Numbered from the stretch's first letter, positions 49,787-63,932 are shown. The stretch is 64,000 nucleotides of DNA from Raja brachyura (GCA_963514005.1 OY740805.1:36828001-36892000), one strand, 5' to 3'. Numbers and translations are program-made. The notes: generated by a model not told the origin, from the sequence alone.

Positions 49787-50545
49787 AGAAACATAGAAAA
49801 TAGGCGCAGGAGGAGGCCATTCGGCCCTTCGAGCCAGCACCGCCATTCATTTTGATCATGGCTGATCGTCCGCTATCAATAACCCGTGCCTGCCTTCTCC
49901 CCATATCCCTTGACTCCACTAGTCCGTAGAGCTCCATCCAACTCTCTCTTAAATCCATCCAGTGATTTGCCCTCCACTGCCCTCTCTGGCAGGGATTTCC
50001 ATAAATTCACAACTCTCTGGGTAAAAAAGTTTTTTCTCACCTCAGTCTTAAATGACCTCCGCTTTATACTAAGACTGTGGCCCCTGGTTCTGAACTCACC
50101 CAACATTGGGAACATTTTTCCTGCATCTAGCATGTCCAGTTCTTTTATAATTTTATATGTTTCTATAAGATATCCCCTCATCCTTCTAAACTCCAGTGAA
50201 TACAAGCCTAGTCTTTTCAATCTTTCCTCATATGACAGTCCTGCCATCCCAGGGATCAATCTCATGAACCTACGCTGCACTGCCTCAATCGCAAGGCTGT
50301 CCTTCCTCAAATTAGGAGACCAAAACTGTACACAATACTCCAGATGTGATCTCATCGGAGCCCTATACAACTGCAGAAGAACCTCTTTACTCCTGTACTG
50401 AAATCCTCTTGTTGTGAAGGCCAACATTCCATTAGCTTTCTTCACTGCCTGCTGTACCTGCATGCCAACTTTCAGTGACCGGTGTACAAGGACACCCAGG
50501 TCTCGCTGTACCTCCCCCATACCCAACCTAATCCCATTGAGATAA
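49787..50545 (-). mobile_element. CR1 LINE 3' fragment with an open 216-aa RT C-terminus
   Basis: ORF 49876-50526 and a (TTCTATGT) tail. Confidence 0.9.
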
Positions 50546-53500
50546 TACTGATTTGGGATGATCAGCCATGATCACATTGAATGGTGATGCAGGCTCGATG
50601 TGCCGAATGGCCTACTCCTGCATCTATTGTCTATTGTCTAATTGGCCCTCTGTGGTTTAGAGTGATTTTAGTTTTAGATCAGAGATACAGCATGGAAACA
50701 GGCCCTTCGGCCCACCGAGTCCGCGCCAACCAGCGATCCCCGCACAGTAACACTATCCTACACACACTAGGGACAAGTTACACATGCACAAAGCCAATTA
50801 ACCTACAAACCCGCACGTCTTTGGAGTGTCGGAGGAACCCGAAGATCTCGGAGAAAACCCACGCACGTCACGGGGAGAACGTACAAACTCCGTACTGACA
50901 GCACCCGTAGTCGGGATCGAACCCGGGTCTCAGGCTCGGCGTGTGCCGTTAGGCAGCAACTCTACCGCTGCGAAACGCGGGCCGCTGTTGCAATAAGTAG
51001 TTGCTGACTCAACTACCTCCTCTGGCAGCTCGTTCCATACATCCACCACCCTCTGTGTGAAAATAATTGCCCCTCAGGTTCCTATCAAACCTTTGCCTCT
51101 CTTTTTAAACCTGTCCTCTGGTTTTCCAATACCCCAACTCTTTGGAAATACTCTGTCTCGAGTCGAAACGTCACCTATTCCTTCTCTCCAGAGATGCTGC
51201 CTGACCCGCTGAGTGACTCCAGCTTTTTGTGTCTCTCTTTTGAGCATTCAATATGCAATAGGTGCAGGAGTCGGCCATTCGGCCCTTCGAGCCAGCACCG
51301 CCATTCAATGTGATCACGGCTGATCATCCCCAATCAGTACCCCGTTCCTGCCTTCTCCCCATATCCCCTGACTCCGCTATTTTTAAAGAGCCCGATCTAG
51401 CTCTCTCTTGAAAGCTTCAAGAGAACCGGCCTCCACCGCCCTCTGAGGCTGAGAATCCCGAGGCAGATGTTTCCTCCCATCTACATATCACGATCAGTCT
51501 GGGCTGTTACCTGGAGTTATCTTTTCGCTTGGGCAGCTTACACTGCAGCGGTATGAAGACTGACTTCTCTAACTTCGTCGCCCTTGCTTTCCCTCTCTCT
51601 CTCCTTCTCCGAGCTAACAATAGATATTCCACATGTTCCTTGAATCCAACCCCTCTGGCACAGGACATCCTCCAAATAAACGAGAGAAAGTCTGAGGTCA
51701 TCCTACTCGGCCCCTCCGACCCCATCAAACCGATAACAGGCCAAACATCCTTAGTCAAAGCGCACGTTAAAAATCTGCCGAGATATTTGACTCCGCATTA
51801 GGAAGTGAAGAAAATGAATGGCCTGTTGGCCTTCATAACTTATCTTATAGAAACTTATAGAAACTTACAAAATTCTTAAGGGGTTGGACAGGCTAGATGC
51901 AGGAAGATTGTTCCCGATGTTGGGGAAGTCCAGGACAAGGGGTCACAGCTTAAGGATAAGGGGGAAATCCTTTAGGACCGAGATGAGAACTTTTTTCACA
52001 CAGAGAGTGGTGGGTCTCTGGAACTCTCTGCCACAGAGGGTATGGAGAGAAGGCAGGTACAGGATACTGAGTTGGATGATCAGCCATGATCATATTGAAT
52101 GGCGGTGCAGGTTCGAAGGGCCGAATGGCCTACTGCTACACCTAATTTCTATGTTTCTACAACAAGTGGAACCGAATATAGGAGCAAAGAGGTCCTTCTG
52201 CAGTTGTACAGAGCCCTAGTGAGACCACACCTGGAGTATTATGTACTGTTTTGGTCCCCTAATTTGAGGAAGGACATTCTTGCTATTGAGGGAGTGCAGC
52301 GTAGGCTTACAAGGTTAATTCCCGGGATGTGGGACTGTCATATGCTGAGAGAATGGAGCGGCTGGGCTTGTATACTCATGGATGAGACGGAATCTATTGA
52401 AACATGTAAGATTGTTAAGGGTTTGGACACGCTAGAGCCAGGAAACATGTTGGGGGAGTCCAGAACCAGGGGCCACACAGTTTAGGAATAAAGGGTAAGC
52501 CATTTAGAACGGAGATGAGGAAACACATTTTCTCACAGAGAGTGGTGAGTCTGTGGAATTCTCTGCCTCAGAGTGCGGTGGAGGCCGGTTCTCTGGATGC
52601 TTTCAAGAGAGAGCTAGATAGGGCTCTGAAATATGCCTTCTCCCCATATCCCCTAACTCCACTAACCCTAAGAGCTCTATCTAACTCTTTTCACTTCTCT
52701 CTCTCACCTCCCTCCTTCTCACAGAGAGTTGTGAGTCTGTGAAATTCTCTGCCGCAGAGGGCAGTGGAGGCCGGTTCTCTGGATACTTTTCAGAGAGAGC
52801 TAGATAGGGCTCTTAAAGATAGCGGAGTCAGGGGATATGGGGGAGAAGGCAGGAAAGGGGTACTGATTGTGGATGATCAGCAGTGATCACATTGAATGGC
52901 GGTGCTGGCTCGAAGGGCCGAATGGCCTACTCCTGCACATATTGTCTATTGTCTAAAACCTATCTCTACTCCCTAGAGTTTTTGAGCCCCTCTGAGGGGG
53001 CGCTGTAAACAGTTTAAGTATGTATTGTTAGGTCTGTCTACCGTTGTATATAGCACATTAGTACCTTCACTGATGTGAAGCACTTTGATCGTGCTATACT
53101 GGATAGACTCGGCTTGTACTCGCTAGAATTTAGAAGATTGAGGGGGGATCTTATAGAGACTTACAAAATTCTTTAGGGGTTGGACAGGCTAGATGCAGGA
53201 GGATTGTTCCCGAAGTTGGGGAAGTCCAGAACAAAGGGTCACAGTTTAAGGATAAGGGGGAAGTCTTTTAGGACCGAGATGAGAAAAACATTTTTCACAC
53301 ATAGATTAGTGAATCTGTGGAATTCCCTGCCACAGTAGGTAGTTGAAGCCAGTTCATTTAAGAGGGAGCTAGATGTGGCCCTTGTGGCTAAAGGGATCAG
53401 GGGATATGGGGAGAAGGCAGGTACAGGATACTGAGTTGGATGAGCAGCCATGATCATATTGAATGGCGGTGCAGACTTGAAGGGCCGAATAGCCCTCCTG

Positions 53501-53573
53501 CACATATTGTCTATGATTCTATGTTTCTATCCGTCTCTATCTTTCTGTCTGTCTCTCTCACTGTCTCTGTATA

Positions 53574-53609
<36 letters not shown>

Positions 53610-55379
53610 CGTCGCTCTCTCTGTCTCTCTATCTTTATCTCTCTCTGCCACAGTAGGTGGTTGAGGCCAGTTCATTGGCCATATTTAAGAGGGAGTGAGA
53701 TGTGGCCCTTGTGGCTAAAGGGATCAGAGGGTATGGAGAGAAGGCAGGTATAGGATACTGAGTTGGATGATCAGCCATGATCATATTGAATGGCGGTGTT
53801 GGCTCGAAGGGCCGAATAGCCTACTCCCGCATTTATTTTCTATGTTTCTATACACATAAAATTGACTTACTTTGCCCTGTTTTCACACCTTCCTTATCTA
53901 TGTACCTCCCTCTCCCCCAACTCTCAGCCTGAAGAAGGGTCTCGACCCGAAACGTCACCCATTCCTGCTCTCCGGAGAAGCTACCTGTCCCGCTGAGTTA
54001 CTCCAGCATTTTGTGTCTATAATCCTGGGTTTAATCACCTGTTCCGCCACATTCCTTGCCGCAAGCCAAATATTTACAGATTCGCGTGGAGATCCTTTAC
54101 GGCCAAAGGCACAGTAGCTAGCAGGCACTCCCCTTCTGTCACTTGGGAGTTTAGCTTTAAGTCTTGTTTAGAGAAACAGCGCAGAAACAGGCCCTTCGCC
54201 CCACAGAGCCCGTGCCGATCCGCGATCCCCACACACTAACACTATCCTACACACACACACTACACAATAGACAATAGGTGCAGGAGTAGGCCATTCAGTC
54301 CTTCGAGCCAGCACTGCCATTCAATGTGATCATGGCTGATCATCCCCAGTCAGTACCCCTGTTCCTGCCTTCTCCCCATTTCCCCTGACTACGCTATCTA
54401 TGAGCCCTATATAACTCTTTCTTGAAAGCATCCAGAGAACGGCCTCCACCGCCCTCTAAGGCAGAGAATTCCACAGACTCACATCTCTCTGTGTGAAAAA
54501 GTGTTTCCTCCTCTCTGTTCTCAATGGCCTACCCCTTATTCTTAAAATGTGTGGCCCCTGGTTCTAGACTCCCCCAACATCGGGAACATGTTTCCTACCT
54601 CTAGAGTGTCCACACCCTTAATAATCTTATATGGTTCAATGAGATCCTCTCATCCTTCTAAATTCCAGAGTGTACAAGCCCAGCTGAATAGGGCTCTTAA
54701 AAATAGCGGAGTCTGGGGATATGGGGAGAAGGCAGGTACGGGTTATTGATTGGGGCCGATCAGCCATGATCACAATGAATGGTGTTGCTCACAATGAGCG
54801 GTTCGAAGGGCCGAATGGACTCCATCTGCACCTATTGTCTATGTTTCTATGATGCGGAAACCCGGGCTCGATCCCGACTACGGGCGCTGTCTGTACGGAG
54901 TTTGCACGTTCTCCCCGTGACCTGCGTGGGTTTTCTCCGAGATCTTCGGTTTCCTCCCACGTTTTAAAGACGTGCAGGGTTTGTAGGGTAATTGGCTTGG
55001 TGTAAATGTAAAAATTGTCCGCAGTGTGTGTGGGGTAGTGTTAGTGTGCGGGGATCGCTGGTCGGCCCGAAGGGCCTGTTTCCGCGTTGCATCTCTAAAC
55101 TGAACTAAGACTCAGAGCAGGAAATGCTGACAGGTTCCAGGAATGAATGATTCATGATTCAAAACCACGTGATCCCGCACCCACACCCTGAAACCAGTTT
55201 CTCCTCTCTCACCAAAAAGAACAGTGATGTTACACCGAGCTTTTATAAGGTGCATTTGAAGCATTGGGAGCAGTGTGTAGCATTTACCAGCATGCCCACC
55301 TGTCGTTCATGTAAAGGTTCTTCCGGACCAACACCTTTGACCACTAGTCCATCGGGCAGTGGTCAGCACGGAATGTCCT

Positions 55380-56125
55380 GCATGCAGGTACAGCAGGCAG
55401 TGAAGAAAGCGAATGGCATGTTGGCCTTTATAACAAGAGTCGTCGAGTATAGGAGCAAAGAGGTCCTTCTGCAGTTGTACAGGGCCCTAGTGAGACCACA
55501 CCTGGAGTATTGTGTGCAGTTTTGGTCCCCTAATTTAAGGGAGGACATTCTTGCTATTGAGGGAGTGCAGCATAGGTTTACAAGGTTAATCCCCGGGATG
55601 GTGGGACTGTCATATGCTGAGAGAATGGAGCGGCTGGGGTTGTACATTCTGGAGTTTAGAAGGATGAGAGGGGATCTTATCGAAACGTATAAAATTATCT
55701 ATAAATCATAAAATTGTCCCTAGTGTTTAGAAGGATGAGAGGATATCTCATTGAAACATATAAGATTGTTAAGGGTTTGGACACGCTAGAGGCAGGAAAC
55801 ATGTTCCCGATGTTGGGAAGACCAGAACCAGGGGCCACACAGTTTGAGAATAAGGGGTTGGCCATTTAGAACGGAGACGAGGAAACACTTTTTTGTCACA
55901 GAGAGTTGTGAGTCTGTGGAATTCTCTGCCTCAGAGGGCAGTGGAGGCCGGTTCTCTGGATACTTACAAAAAAGAGCTAGATAAGGCGCTTAAAGATAGC
56001 GGAGTCAGGGGATATGGGGAGAAGGCAGGAACGGGGTACTGATTGTGGATGATCAGCCATGATTACATTGAATGGCGGTGCTGACTCGAAGGGCCGAATG
56101 GCCTACTCCTGCACCTATTGTCTAT
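55380..56125 (+). mobile_element. CR1 LINE 3' fragment
   Basis: [23 protein letters not shown].. followed by the 3' UTR. Confidence 0.88.
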
Positions 56126-56127
56126 TG

Positions 56128-56660
56128 GCACAGCAGGGAAGGGACTCGATGGACCCGGTGGCGTGGTTCCCTGAGCAGACTGCCCAGCTTGTCTGGCAAA
56201 ATGCCTCATCGCCAGAACTCACCAACAAGCACCAAGACCTGGCTTGGCTGGCGGTGAGGGGAGCCCTCCCAGTCAGATCCTTCCTGCACCGTCGGAACCT
56301 CACTACCAGCGCACACTGCCCACAGGTCGGCTGCTATGGAGAGGAGACGGTTGCCCACCTCTTTGCAGAGTGTGGATTTGCAAAGACAGTCTGGAGGGGT
56401 CTGCAAGGGTCCATGTCACGGTATATTCCGAACAGCTCCGTCACAGAGGACTGTGATTTACGGACTGTTCCCAGGGGCACATTCAGAGACTGACATCGAG
56501 TGCTGCTGGAGGGTCATTAACTCGGTGAAAGACGCTCTTTGGTCTGCCCGAGCGTTGTTCACCACCCAGCAGAGCGAGATGTCCGTCGGGGAATGTTGCC
56601 GACTGGCCCACTGCAGACTGCAGGAGTACGTGCTGACGGACGCACTGAAGCTCGGTGCAG
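56128..56660 (+). mobile_element. Tx1-like (L1-Tx1 clade) ORF2 C-terminal fragment
   Basis: VWQNASSPELTNKHQDLAWLAVRGALPVRSFL..CPQVGCYGEETVAHLFAEC..VW: the C-terminal CCHC zinc finger typical of Tx1/L1 ORF2, frameshifted. Confidence 0.75.
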
Positions 56661-58612
56661 ACAATAGACAATAGACAACAGGTGCCGGAGCAGGCCATTC
56701 GGTCCTTCGAGCCAGCACCGCCATTCAATGTGATCATGGCTGATCATCCCCAATCAGTACCCCGTTCCTGCCTTCTCCCTATATCCACTGACTCCGCTAT
56801 CTTCAAGAGCCCTATCTAGCTCTCTCTTGAAAGCATCCAGAGAACATGCCTCCACCGCCCTCTGAGGCGGGGAATTCAGACTCACAACTCTCTGTGAGAA
56901 AAAGTGTTTCCTCATCTCCGTTCTAAATGGCTTACCCCTTATTCTTAAAATGAGATTGGTGTGAATATTAGCGTGGACCTGATGGGCCATTTATAATTAT
57001 GGGTAGACACAAAAAAGTTGGAGTCACTCAGCGGGACAGGGAGCATCTCTGGAGAGAAGGAATGGATGACGTTTCGGGTCGAGACCCTTCTTCACACTGA
57101 AACGTCGCCTATTCCTTCTGTCCAGAGATGCTGCTTCACCCGCTGAGTTACTCCAGCATTTTGTGTCTACTACCTTCGATTTAAACCGGCATCTGCAGTT
57201 CTTTCTTACACATACGTATAGTTATGGGTTTCAGTTTGGATTTCCTGATTCTCCTTATGCCCGTTTCTAACACAGTCGCTGGTCTCTGGAGAGAAGTACT
57301 GACTGGGTGACATTTCGGTTCGAGACCCTTCTTCAGATTGATACTTTCAAGAGTGAGCTAGATAGGGCTCTTAAAGATAGCGGAGTCAGGGGATATGGGG
57401 AGAAGGCAGGAACGGGATACTGATTGGGGATGATCAGCCATGACAAGAGGATTTCAGTACAGGAGTAGAGAGGTTCTTCTGCAGTAGTATAGGGTTCTGG
57501 TAAGACCACATCTGGAGTATTGTGTACAGTTTTGGTCTCCTAATTTGAGGAAGGGCATCTTTGTGATTGAAGCAGTGCAGCGTAGGTTCACGAGATTGAT
57601 CCCTGGGATGGTGGGACTGTCATATGAGGAAAGATTGAAAAGACTAGGCTTGTGTTCACTGGAGTTCAGAAGGATGAGGGGGATATAGAAACATATAAAA
57701 TTATAAAAGGACTGGACAAGCTAGATGCAGGAAAAATGTTCCCAATGTTGGGTGAGTCCTGAACCAGGGGCCACAGTCTTAGAATAAAGGGGACGCCATT
57801 TAAGACTGTGAGAAAAAACTTTTTCACCCAGAGAGTTGTGAATTTGTGGAATTCCCTGCCACAGTGGGCAGTGGAGGCCAAATCGCTGGATGGATTTAAG
57901 AGAGAGTTAGATCGAGCTCTCGGGGCTAGGGGAATTAAGGGATATGGGGAGAAGGCAGGCACGGGTTAATGATTGGGGACGATCAGCCATGATCGCAGTG
58001 AATGGCGGTGCTGGCTCAAAGGGCCGAATGGCCTCCACCTGCACCTATTTTCTATGTTTCTATGATCACCTTGAATGACGGTGCTGGATCGTAGGGCCGA
58101 ATGGCCTCCTCCTGCACCTATTGTGTATGGTCTGTTGACTCGAAACGTCACCAGTCCTTCTCTCCAGAAACGCCCCCTGTCCCGCTGAGTTACTGCTCCG
58201 GCATTTTGTGTCTATCTTCGATTTAAACCAGAATCTGCAGTTTTTCCACACACACACACACGTGAGAATGGGTGATCGATGGCAGGCACGGACTCAGTGG
58301 GCCGAAGGGCCTGTTTCGCTAACACCTAAAGTACTAGCATCAGAATCATTAGCTGCTAGACAGGAAGCAGGGGGCAGCCCAAGGCGAGGACAGGAAGTCA
58401 GTCGGAGCGGTGAAGTTACTCAAGTAACGGTTTCAGTCCAAGTGTGGCCTTGTGGAGCACTTCCATTCTGAGCCTGTCTGTCTGCAAGCCTTTCAATGCC
58501 TACATGTTGCTGGCTGACATCTCCCTCCATCCCTCCCCTGCCCCCTTCCCCCCCCCCCCTCCTCTGCCCCCTTCCACCCCCCCTCCTCTGTTTCTCCCCG
58601 CCACTCCACCTA

Positions 58613-58683
<71 letters not shown>

Positions 58684-60019
58684 GTTTTTAAGTTTAGTTT
58701 TGTCCAGTTTACAAACACGGTGCGGAAACAGGCCCTTCGGCCCACCGGGTCCGCGCCGACCAGCGATCACCCTGTACACCGACACCACCTTAACACTCAG
58801 AGACTGTGGACAATGTTTACATTTGTACCAAGCCAATTAACCAACAAATCTGCATGCCTTTGGAGTGTGGGAGGAAACCGGAGCACCCGGAGGAAACCCA
58901 CGCAGGTCACAGTTTAAGAATAAGGAGCATTTAGAACGGAGACAAGGAAACACTTTTTCTCACAGAGAGTTGTGAGTCTGTGGAATTCTCTGCCTCAGAG
59001 GGCGGTGGAGGCCGATTCTGTGGATGCTTTCAAGAGAGAGCTATATAGGGCTCTCAAAAATAGCAGAGTCCGGGGATATGGGGAGAAGGCAGGAACGGGG
59101 TACTGATTGGGGATGATCAGCCATGATCACATTGAATGGCGGTGCTGGCTCGAAGGGCCGAATGGCCTACTCCTGCACCTATTGTCTATTGAAACCGGAG
59201 CACCCGGAGGAAATCGACATCTTGGGGAAAACCAACGCAGATCACGGGGAGAGCGTACAAATTCCGTACAGACAAGCACCCGTGGTCAGGATTGAACCCG
59301 GTACTCTGGCACTGTGAGGCAGCAACTCTACCGCTGCGCAACCGTACGCCCTAATACTCCATGCCCCGGCTCAACCCATGCCAGACAATAGACAATAGGT
59401 GCAGGAGTAGATCATTCGGCCCTTCGAGCCAGCACTGCCATTCAATGTGATCATGGCTGATCATCCACAATCAGTACCCCGTTCCTGCCTTCTCCCCATA
59501 TCCGCTGACTCCGCTACCTTTAAGAGCCCGATCTAGCTCTCTCTTGCAAGCATCCAGAGAACCCGCTTCCCCAGCCCTCTGAGGCAGAGAATTCCACAGA
59601 TTCACCACTCTCTGTGAGAAAAAGTGTTTCCTCGTCTCCGTTCTAAATGGCTTACCCCTTATTCTTAAACTGTGGCCCCGGTTCTGGACTCTCCCAATAT
59701 CGGGAACATGTTTCCTACCTCTAGCTTGTCCAAACCCTTAACAATCTTATATGTTTCAATAAGATCCCCTCTCATCCTTCTAAACTCCAGAGTGTACAAG
59801 CCTAGCTGCTCCATTCTCTCAGCATATGACAGTCCTGCCATCCCGGGAATTAACCTTGTAAACCTACGCTGCACTCCCTCAATAGCAAGAACGTTCTTCC
59901 TCAAGTTCCTCAGTCGAAGGGCTTCGACCTAAAACGTCACCTATCCAAGCTCTCCAGAGATGCTGCCCGTCCCGCTGAGTTACTCCAGCATTTTGTGTGT
60001 TTATCTCAAGCAGAACGCA

Positions 60020-60336
60020 GGCGGTCACAGTGGCGCAGCGGTAGAGTTGCTGCCTTACAGTGCATGCAGCGCCGGAGACCCGGGTTCGATCCCGACTACG
60101 GGTGCTGTCTGTACAGAGGTTGTACATTCTCCCCGTGACCCGCAAGGGTTTTCTCCAAGATATTCAGATTCCTCCCACACTGCAAAGACGGGCAGGTTTG
60201 TGGGTAAATTGGCTTGGTGCAAAGGTAAAAATTGTCCCTAATGGGTGCAGGATAGCGTTAGTGTGCGGGGATCGCTGGTCAGCGCGGAGCCGGTGGGCCG
60301 AAGGGCCTGTTTCTGCTCTGTATCTCTAAACTAAAC
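60020..60336 (+). mobile_element. tRNA-derived V-SINE (HE1-like)
   Basis: gtggcgcagcggtagag A-box, ggttcgatccc B-box, and a gggccgaagggcctgtttc..ctaaactaaa tail. Confidence 0.85.
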
Positions 60337-60445
60337 ATGTGCCTGGACCAAAGATAACTGGAGCAAAGAACCCCTTATAAAGGAGAAAAGAAGAAATAAA
60401 ATAACAAAACACAAGTATTTTGATTAGTTTATGAGACATGCGGAA

Positions 60446-60513
60446 TGCCAAGCTTGGCGGTGGGTTGCCATGGTAACGACATTGGCCAACAGGCCCAAAT
60501 GGCTGTCAGCCAA
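60446..60513. promoter_or_regulatory. Candidate enhancer: RFX X-box + CCAAT + NFI site
   Basis: GTTGCCATGGTAAC (60464-60477), ATTGG (60481-60485) and TGGC-N5-GCCAA (60500-60513) in a non-repeat island. Confidence 0.5.
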
Positions 60514-61077
60514 CAAACTAGATCATAGGAAAATCACAGGATCAAAAGCAGGCATGTGTCAGATACTAGTTTAGTCTAGTTTAGTTAACCCACAAACCCT
60601 CATGTCTAGTTTTAGTTTAGAGATACAGTGCGGAAACAGGCCTTTCGGCCTAACGAGTCCGGTCCGACCAGCGATCCCCGCACACTAACACTATCCCACA
60701 CACACATTCGGGACAATTTACAATCTTTGCGGAAGCTAACTAGCCTCCATTCCTGCGCGTCTTTGGAGTGTGGGAGAAAACCGGAGCGCTCGGAGGAAAG
60801 CCACGCAGGTCACAGGGAGAACGTGCAAACTCCGTACAGGCAGTACCTGTAGTCATGATTGAACCTGGGTCTCTGGCTCTGGGAGGCACCGACTCTACCG
60901 CTGCACCACCGCGCAGCGGTTTAGTTACGTTTAGTTAAGTTTAGTTTAGTTCAGAGAAGAATTGTGGAAACAGGCCCTTCGGCCCACTAAGTCCATGCTG
61001 ACCAGCGATCACCCCTTCACAAAAGTTCCATATTGTCCCCTTTCTCATGCACTCCATATGAACCAGGGGTCAATTTA

Positions 61078-61390
61078 GGTGGCACAGCGGTAGAGTTGCT
61101 GCCTCACAGCGCCGGAGACCCGGGTTCGATCCCGACTACGTGTGCTGTCTGTACAGAGTTTGTACGATCTCCCCGTGACTTGCGTGGGTTTTCTCTGAGA
61201 TCTTCGGTTTCCTCCCACACTCCAAAGACGTGCATGTTTGTAAGTTAATTGGCTTGGTGTATGTGTAAATTGTCCCTAGTGGGTGTGTGTGTGTAGGATA
61301 GTGTTAGTGTTCGGGGATCGCTGGTCGGCGCAGACTCGGTGGGCCGAAGGGCCTGTTTCCACACTGTATCTCTAAACTAAAACTAAACTA
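61078..61390 (+). mobile_element. tRNA-derived V-SINE (HE1-like)
   Basis: Full head-core-tail architecture. Confidence 0.85.
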
Positions 61391-61604
61391 CAGACGGCCA
61401 ATTAAAATGCAAACCCGCACATTTTTGGATGGTGGGAGGAAACCGGAGCACCCGGAGGAAACCCACGTGGTCACGGGGAGAACGTGCAAACTCCACACAG
61501 ACAGACAGCACCCGAGGTCAGGATCGAACCCGGGTCGCTGGCGCAGCGAGGCAGCAACTCCACCGTTGCGCCACCATGCCGGCCTTTTAGTTTAGTGATA
61601 CATC

Positions 61605-62220
61605 GTGGATAAAGGCCCTTCGGCCCAACTTGCCCACACCAGCCAACAATGACCCAGCTACACTAGTCCCACTTGCCTGCGCTTGGCCCATATCCGTCCA
61701 AACCTGTCCTATCCATGTACCTGTCCAACTGTTTCTTAAACGATGGGATAGTCCCAGCCTCAACTACCTCCTCTGGCAGCTCGTTCCATACCCCCACCAC
61801 CCTCTGTGTGAAAAAGTTACCCCTCAGATTCCTATTAAATCTTTTCCCCTTCACCTTGAACCCATGTCCTCTGGTCCTCGATTCCCCCACTCTGGGCAAG
61901 AGTCTCTGTGCATCTACCCGATCAATTCCTCTCATGATTTTGTACACCTCTATAAGATCTCCCCTCGTCCTCCTGCACTCCATGGAATAGAGACCCAGCC
62001 TACTCAACCTCTCCCTATAGCTCACACCCTCTAGTCCTGGCAACATCTTCGGAAATCTTCTCTGAACCCTTTCAAATTTGACAATATATTTTCTATAACA
62101 TGGCACCCAGAACTGAACACATTATTCCAAATGCGGTCTCACCAACGTCTTATACAACTGCAACGTGATCTCCCAACTTCTATACTCTGATGAAGGCCAA
62201 TGTGCCAAAAGCCTTTTTGA
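61605..62220 (-). mobile_element. CR1 LINE 3' fragment, distinct subfamily sharing its 3' tail with the SINEs
   Basis: ERVQRRFPKMLPGLEGVSYRERL..RGNFFTQRVV..GYGPSAGKWD*; the gggccgaagggcc tail matches the SINE tail. A related copy lies at 46320-46765. Confidence 0.85.
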
Positions 62221-63932
62221 CCATGGGGAGAGCACAGAAACATGGATATTAGGTGAAGGAGGAGGCCATTCAGCCCTTCAAGCCAGCACCGCCATTCATC
62301 ATGATCATGGCTGATTTAATTTTAAGTTGACGGAATGGAAGGCTGGGCTTGTATACTCTGGAGTTTCGAATGATGAGAGGATATCTTATTAAAACATATA
62401 AGATTATTAAGGGTCTGAAGAAGGGTCTCGACCCGAAACGTCGCCTATCTCCTTCGCTCCTTGGATGCTGCTGCACCCGCTGAGTTTCTCCAGCTTTTTG
62501 TGTAACCCAAGATTATTAAGGGTTTGGACACACTAGAGGCAGAAAACATGGTCCCGATGTTGTGGTGAGTCCAGAACCAGGGGCCACACAGTTTAAGAAT
62601 AAGGGGTAAGCTATTTCGAACAGAGACGAAGAAACACTTTTTCTCACAGAGAGTTGTGAGTCTGTGGAACGGTGGGCGGTGGAGGCCGATTCTCTGGACA
62701 CTTTCAAGAGAGAGCTAGATAGAGCTCTTAAAGATAGCGGAGTCAGGGGATATGGGGAGAAGGCAGGAACGGGGTACTGATTGTGGATGATCAGCCACGA
62801 TCACATTGAATGGCGCTGCTGGCTCGAAGGGCTGAATGGCCTACTCCTGCATCTATTGGCTATTGTCTATTGATTGAAATATGCACACGGAAACAGGCCC
62901 TTCAGGCCACCGAGCCCATGCCGACCAGCGATCACCACACAAGCCTACTCACATTAGACAATAGACAATAGGCAATAGGCAATAGGTGCAGGAGTAGGCC
63001 ATTCGGCCCTTTGAGCCAGCACCTCCATTCATTGTGATCATGGCTGATTTTCCCCAATCAATAAACCGTGCCTGCCTTCTCCCCATATCCCTTGATTCCA
63101 CTAGCCACTGGAGCTCTATCTAACTCTCTCTTAAATCCATCCAGTGACTTGGCCTCCACTGCCCTCTGTGGCAGGGAATTCCACAAATTCACAACTCTCT
63201 GGGTGAAAAAGTTTTTTCACACGTCCGTCTTAAATGACCTCCCCCTTTATTCTAAGACTGTGGCCCCTGGTTCTGGACTCGTCCAATATTGGGAACATTT
63301 TTCCTGCATCTAGGGTGCCCAGTCCTTTTATAATTTTAGGTAGACAAAAGTGCTGGAGAAACTCTGCGGGTACAGCAGCATCTATGGAGTGAAGGAAATA
63401 GGCAACGTTTCTGGCTGAAACCCTTCTTCAGATTTTATGTTTCTATAAGATCCCCCCCCGGTCTTTTCAAGCCTGGTCTTTTCAATCTTTCCTCATATGA
63501 CAGTCCCACCATCCCAGGGATCAATCTCGTGAACCTACGCTGCACTGCCTCAATAACAAGGATAGAAACATAGAAACACAGACAATAGGTGCAGGAGTAG
63601 GCCATTCGGCCCTTCGAGCCTGCACCGCCATTCAATATGATCATGGCTAATCATCCAACTCAGTATCCCGTACCTGCCTTCTCTCCATACCCTCTGATCC
63701 CCTTAGCCACAAGGGCCACATCTAACTCCCTCTTAAATATAGCCAATGAACTGGCGTCAACTACCCTCTGTGGCAGAGATTTCCAGAGACCCACCACTCT
63801 CTGTGTGAAAAGAGAGGGCTCTTATGAGGACATATTAGGATGTCCTTCCTCAAATTCGGAGACCAAAACTGGACACAATACTCCAGATGTGGTCTCACCA
63901 GAGCCCTATACAACTGCAGAAAGTGCAGACAC

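Larger units (their letters stand above)
7392..63920. mobile_element. Dozens of further CR1 3' fragments, SINEs and Penelope pLTR remnants dispersed across the window
   Basis: Recurrent ...GYGEKAGTGY* ORF ends, (CTATTGT)n/(TTCTATGT)n tails and ctgaagaagggtctcgacccgaaacgtc motifs; not individually listed. Confidence 0.9.

Noticed and set aside
55290-55380. Possible minus-strand exon (cag|GAC...CAG|gtgggc)
   Set aside because: It shows no DDAH similarity, has stops in all three frames, and its acceptor borders CR1 sequence.
60464-60485. MHC SXY promoter module
   Set aside because: The X-box to CCAAT distance is only 3 bp, and no X2/S box or MHC coding exons are visible.
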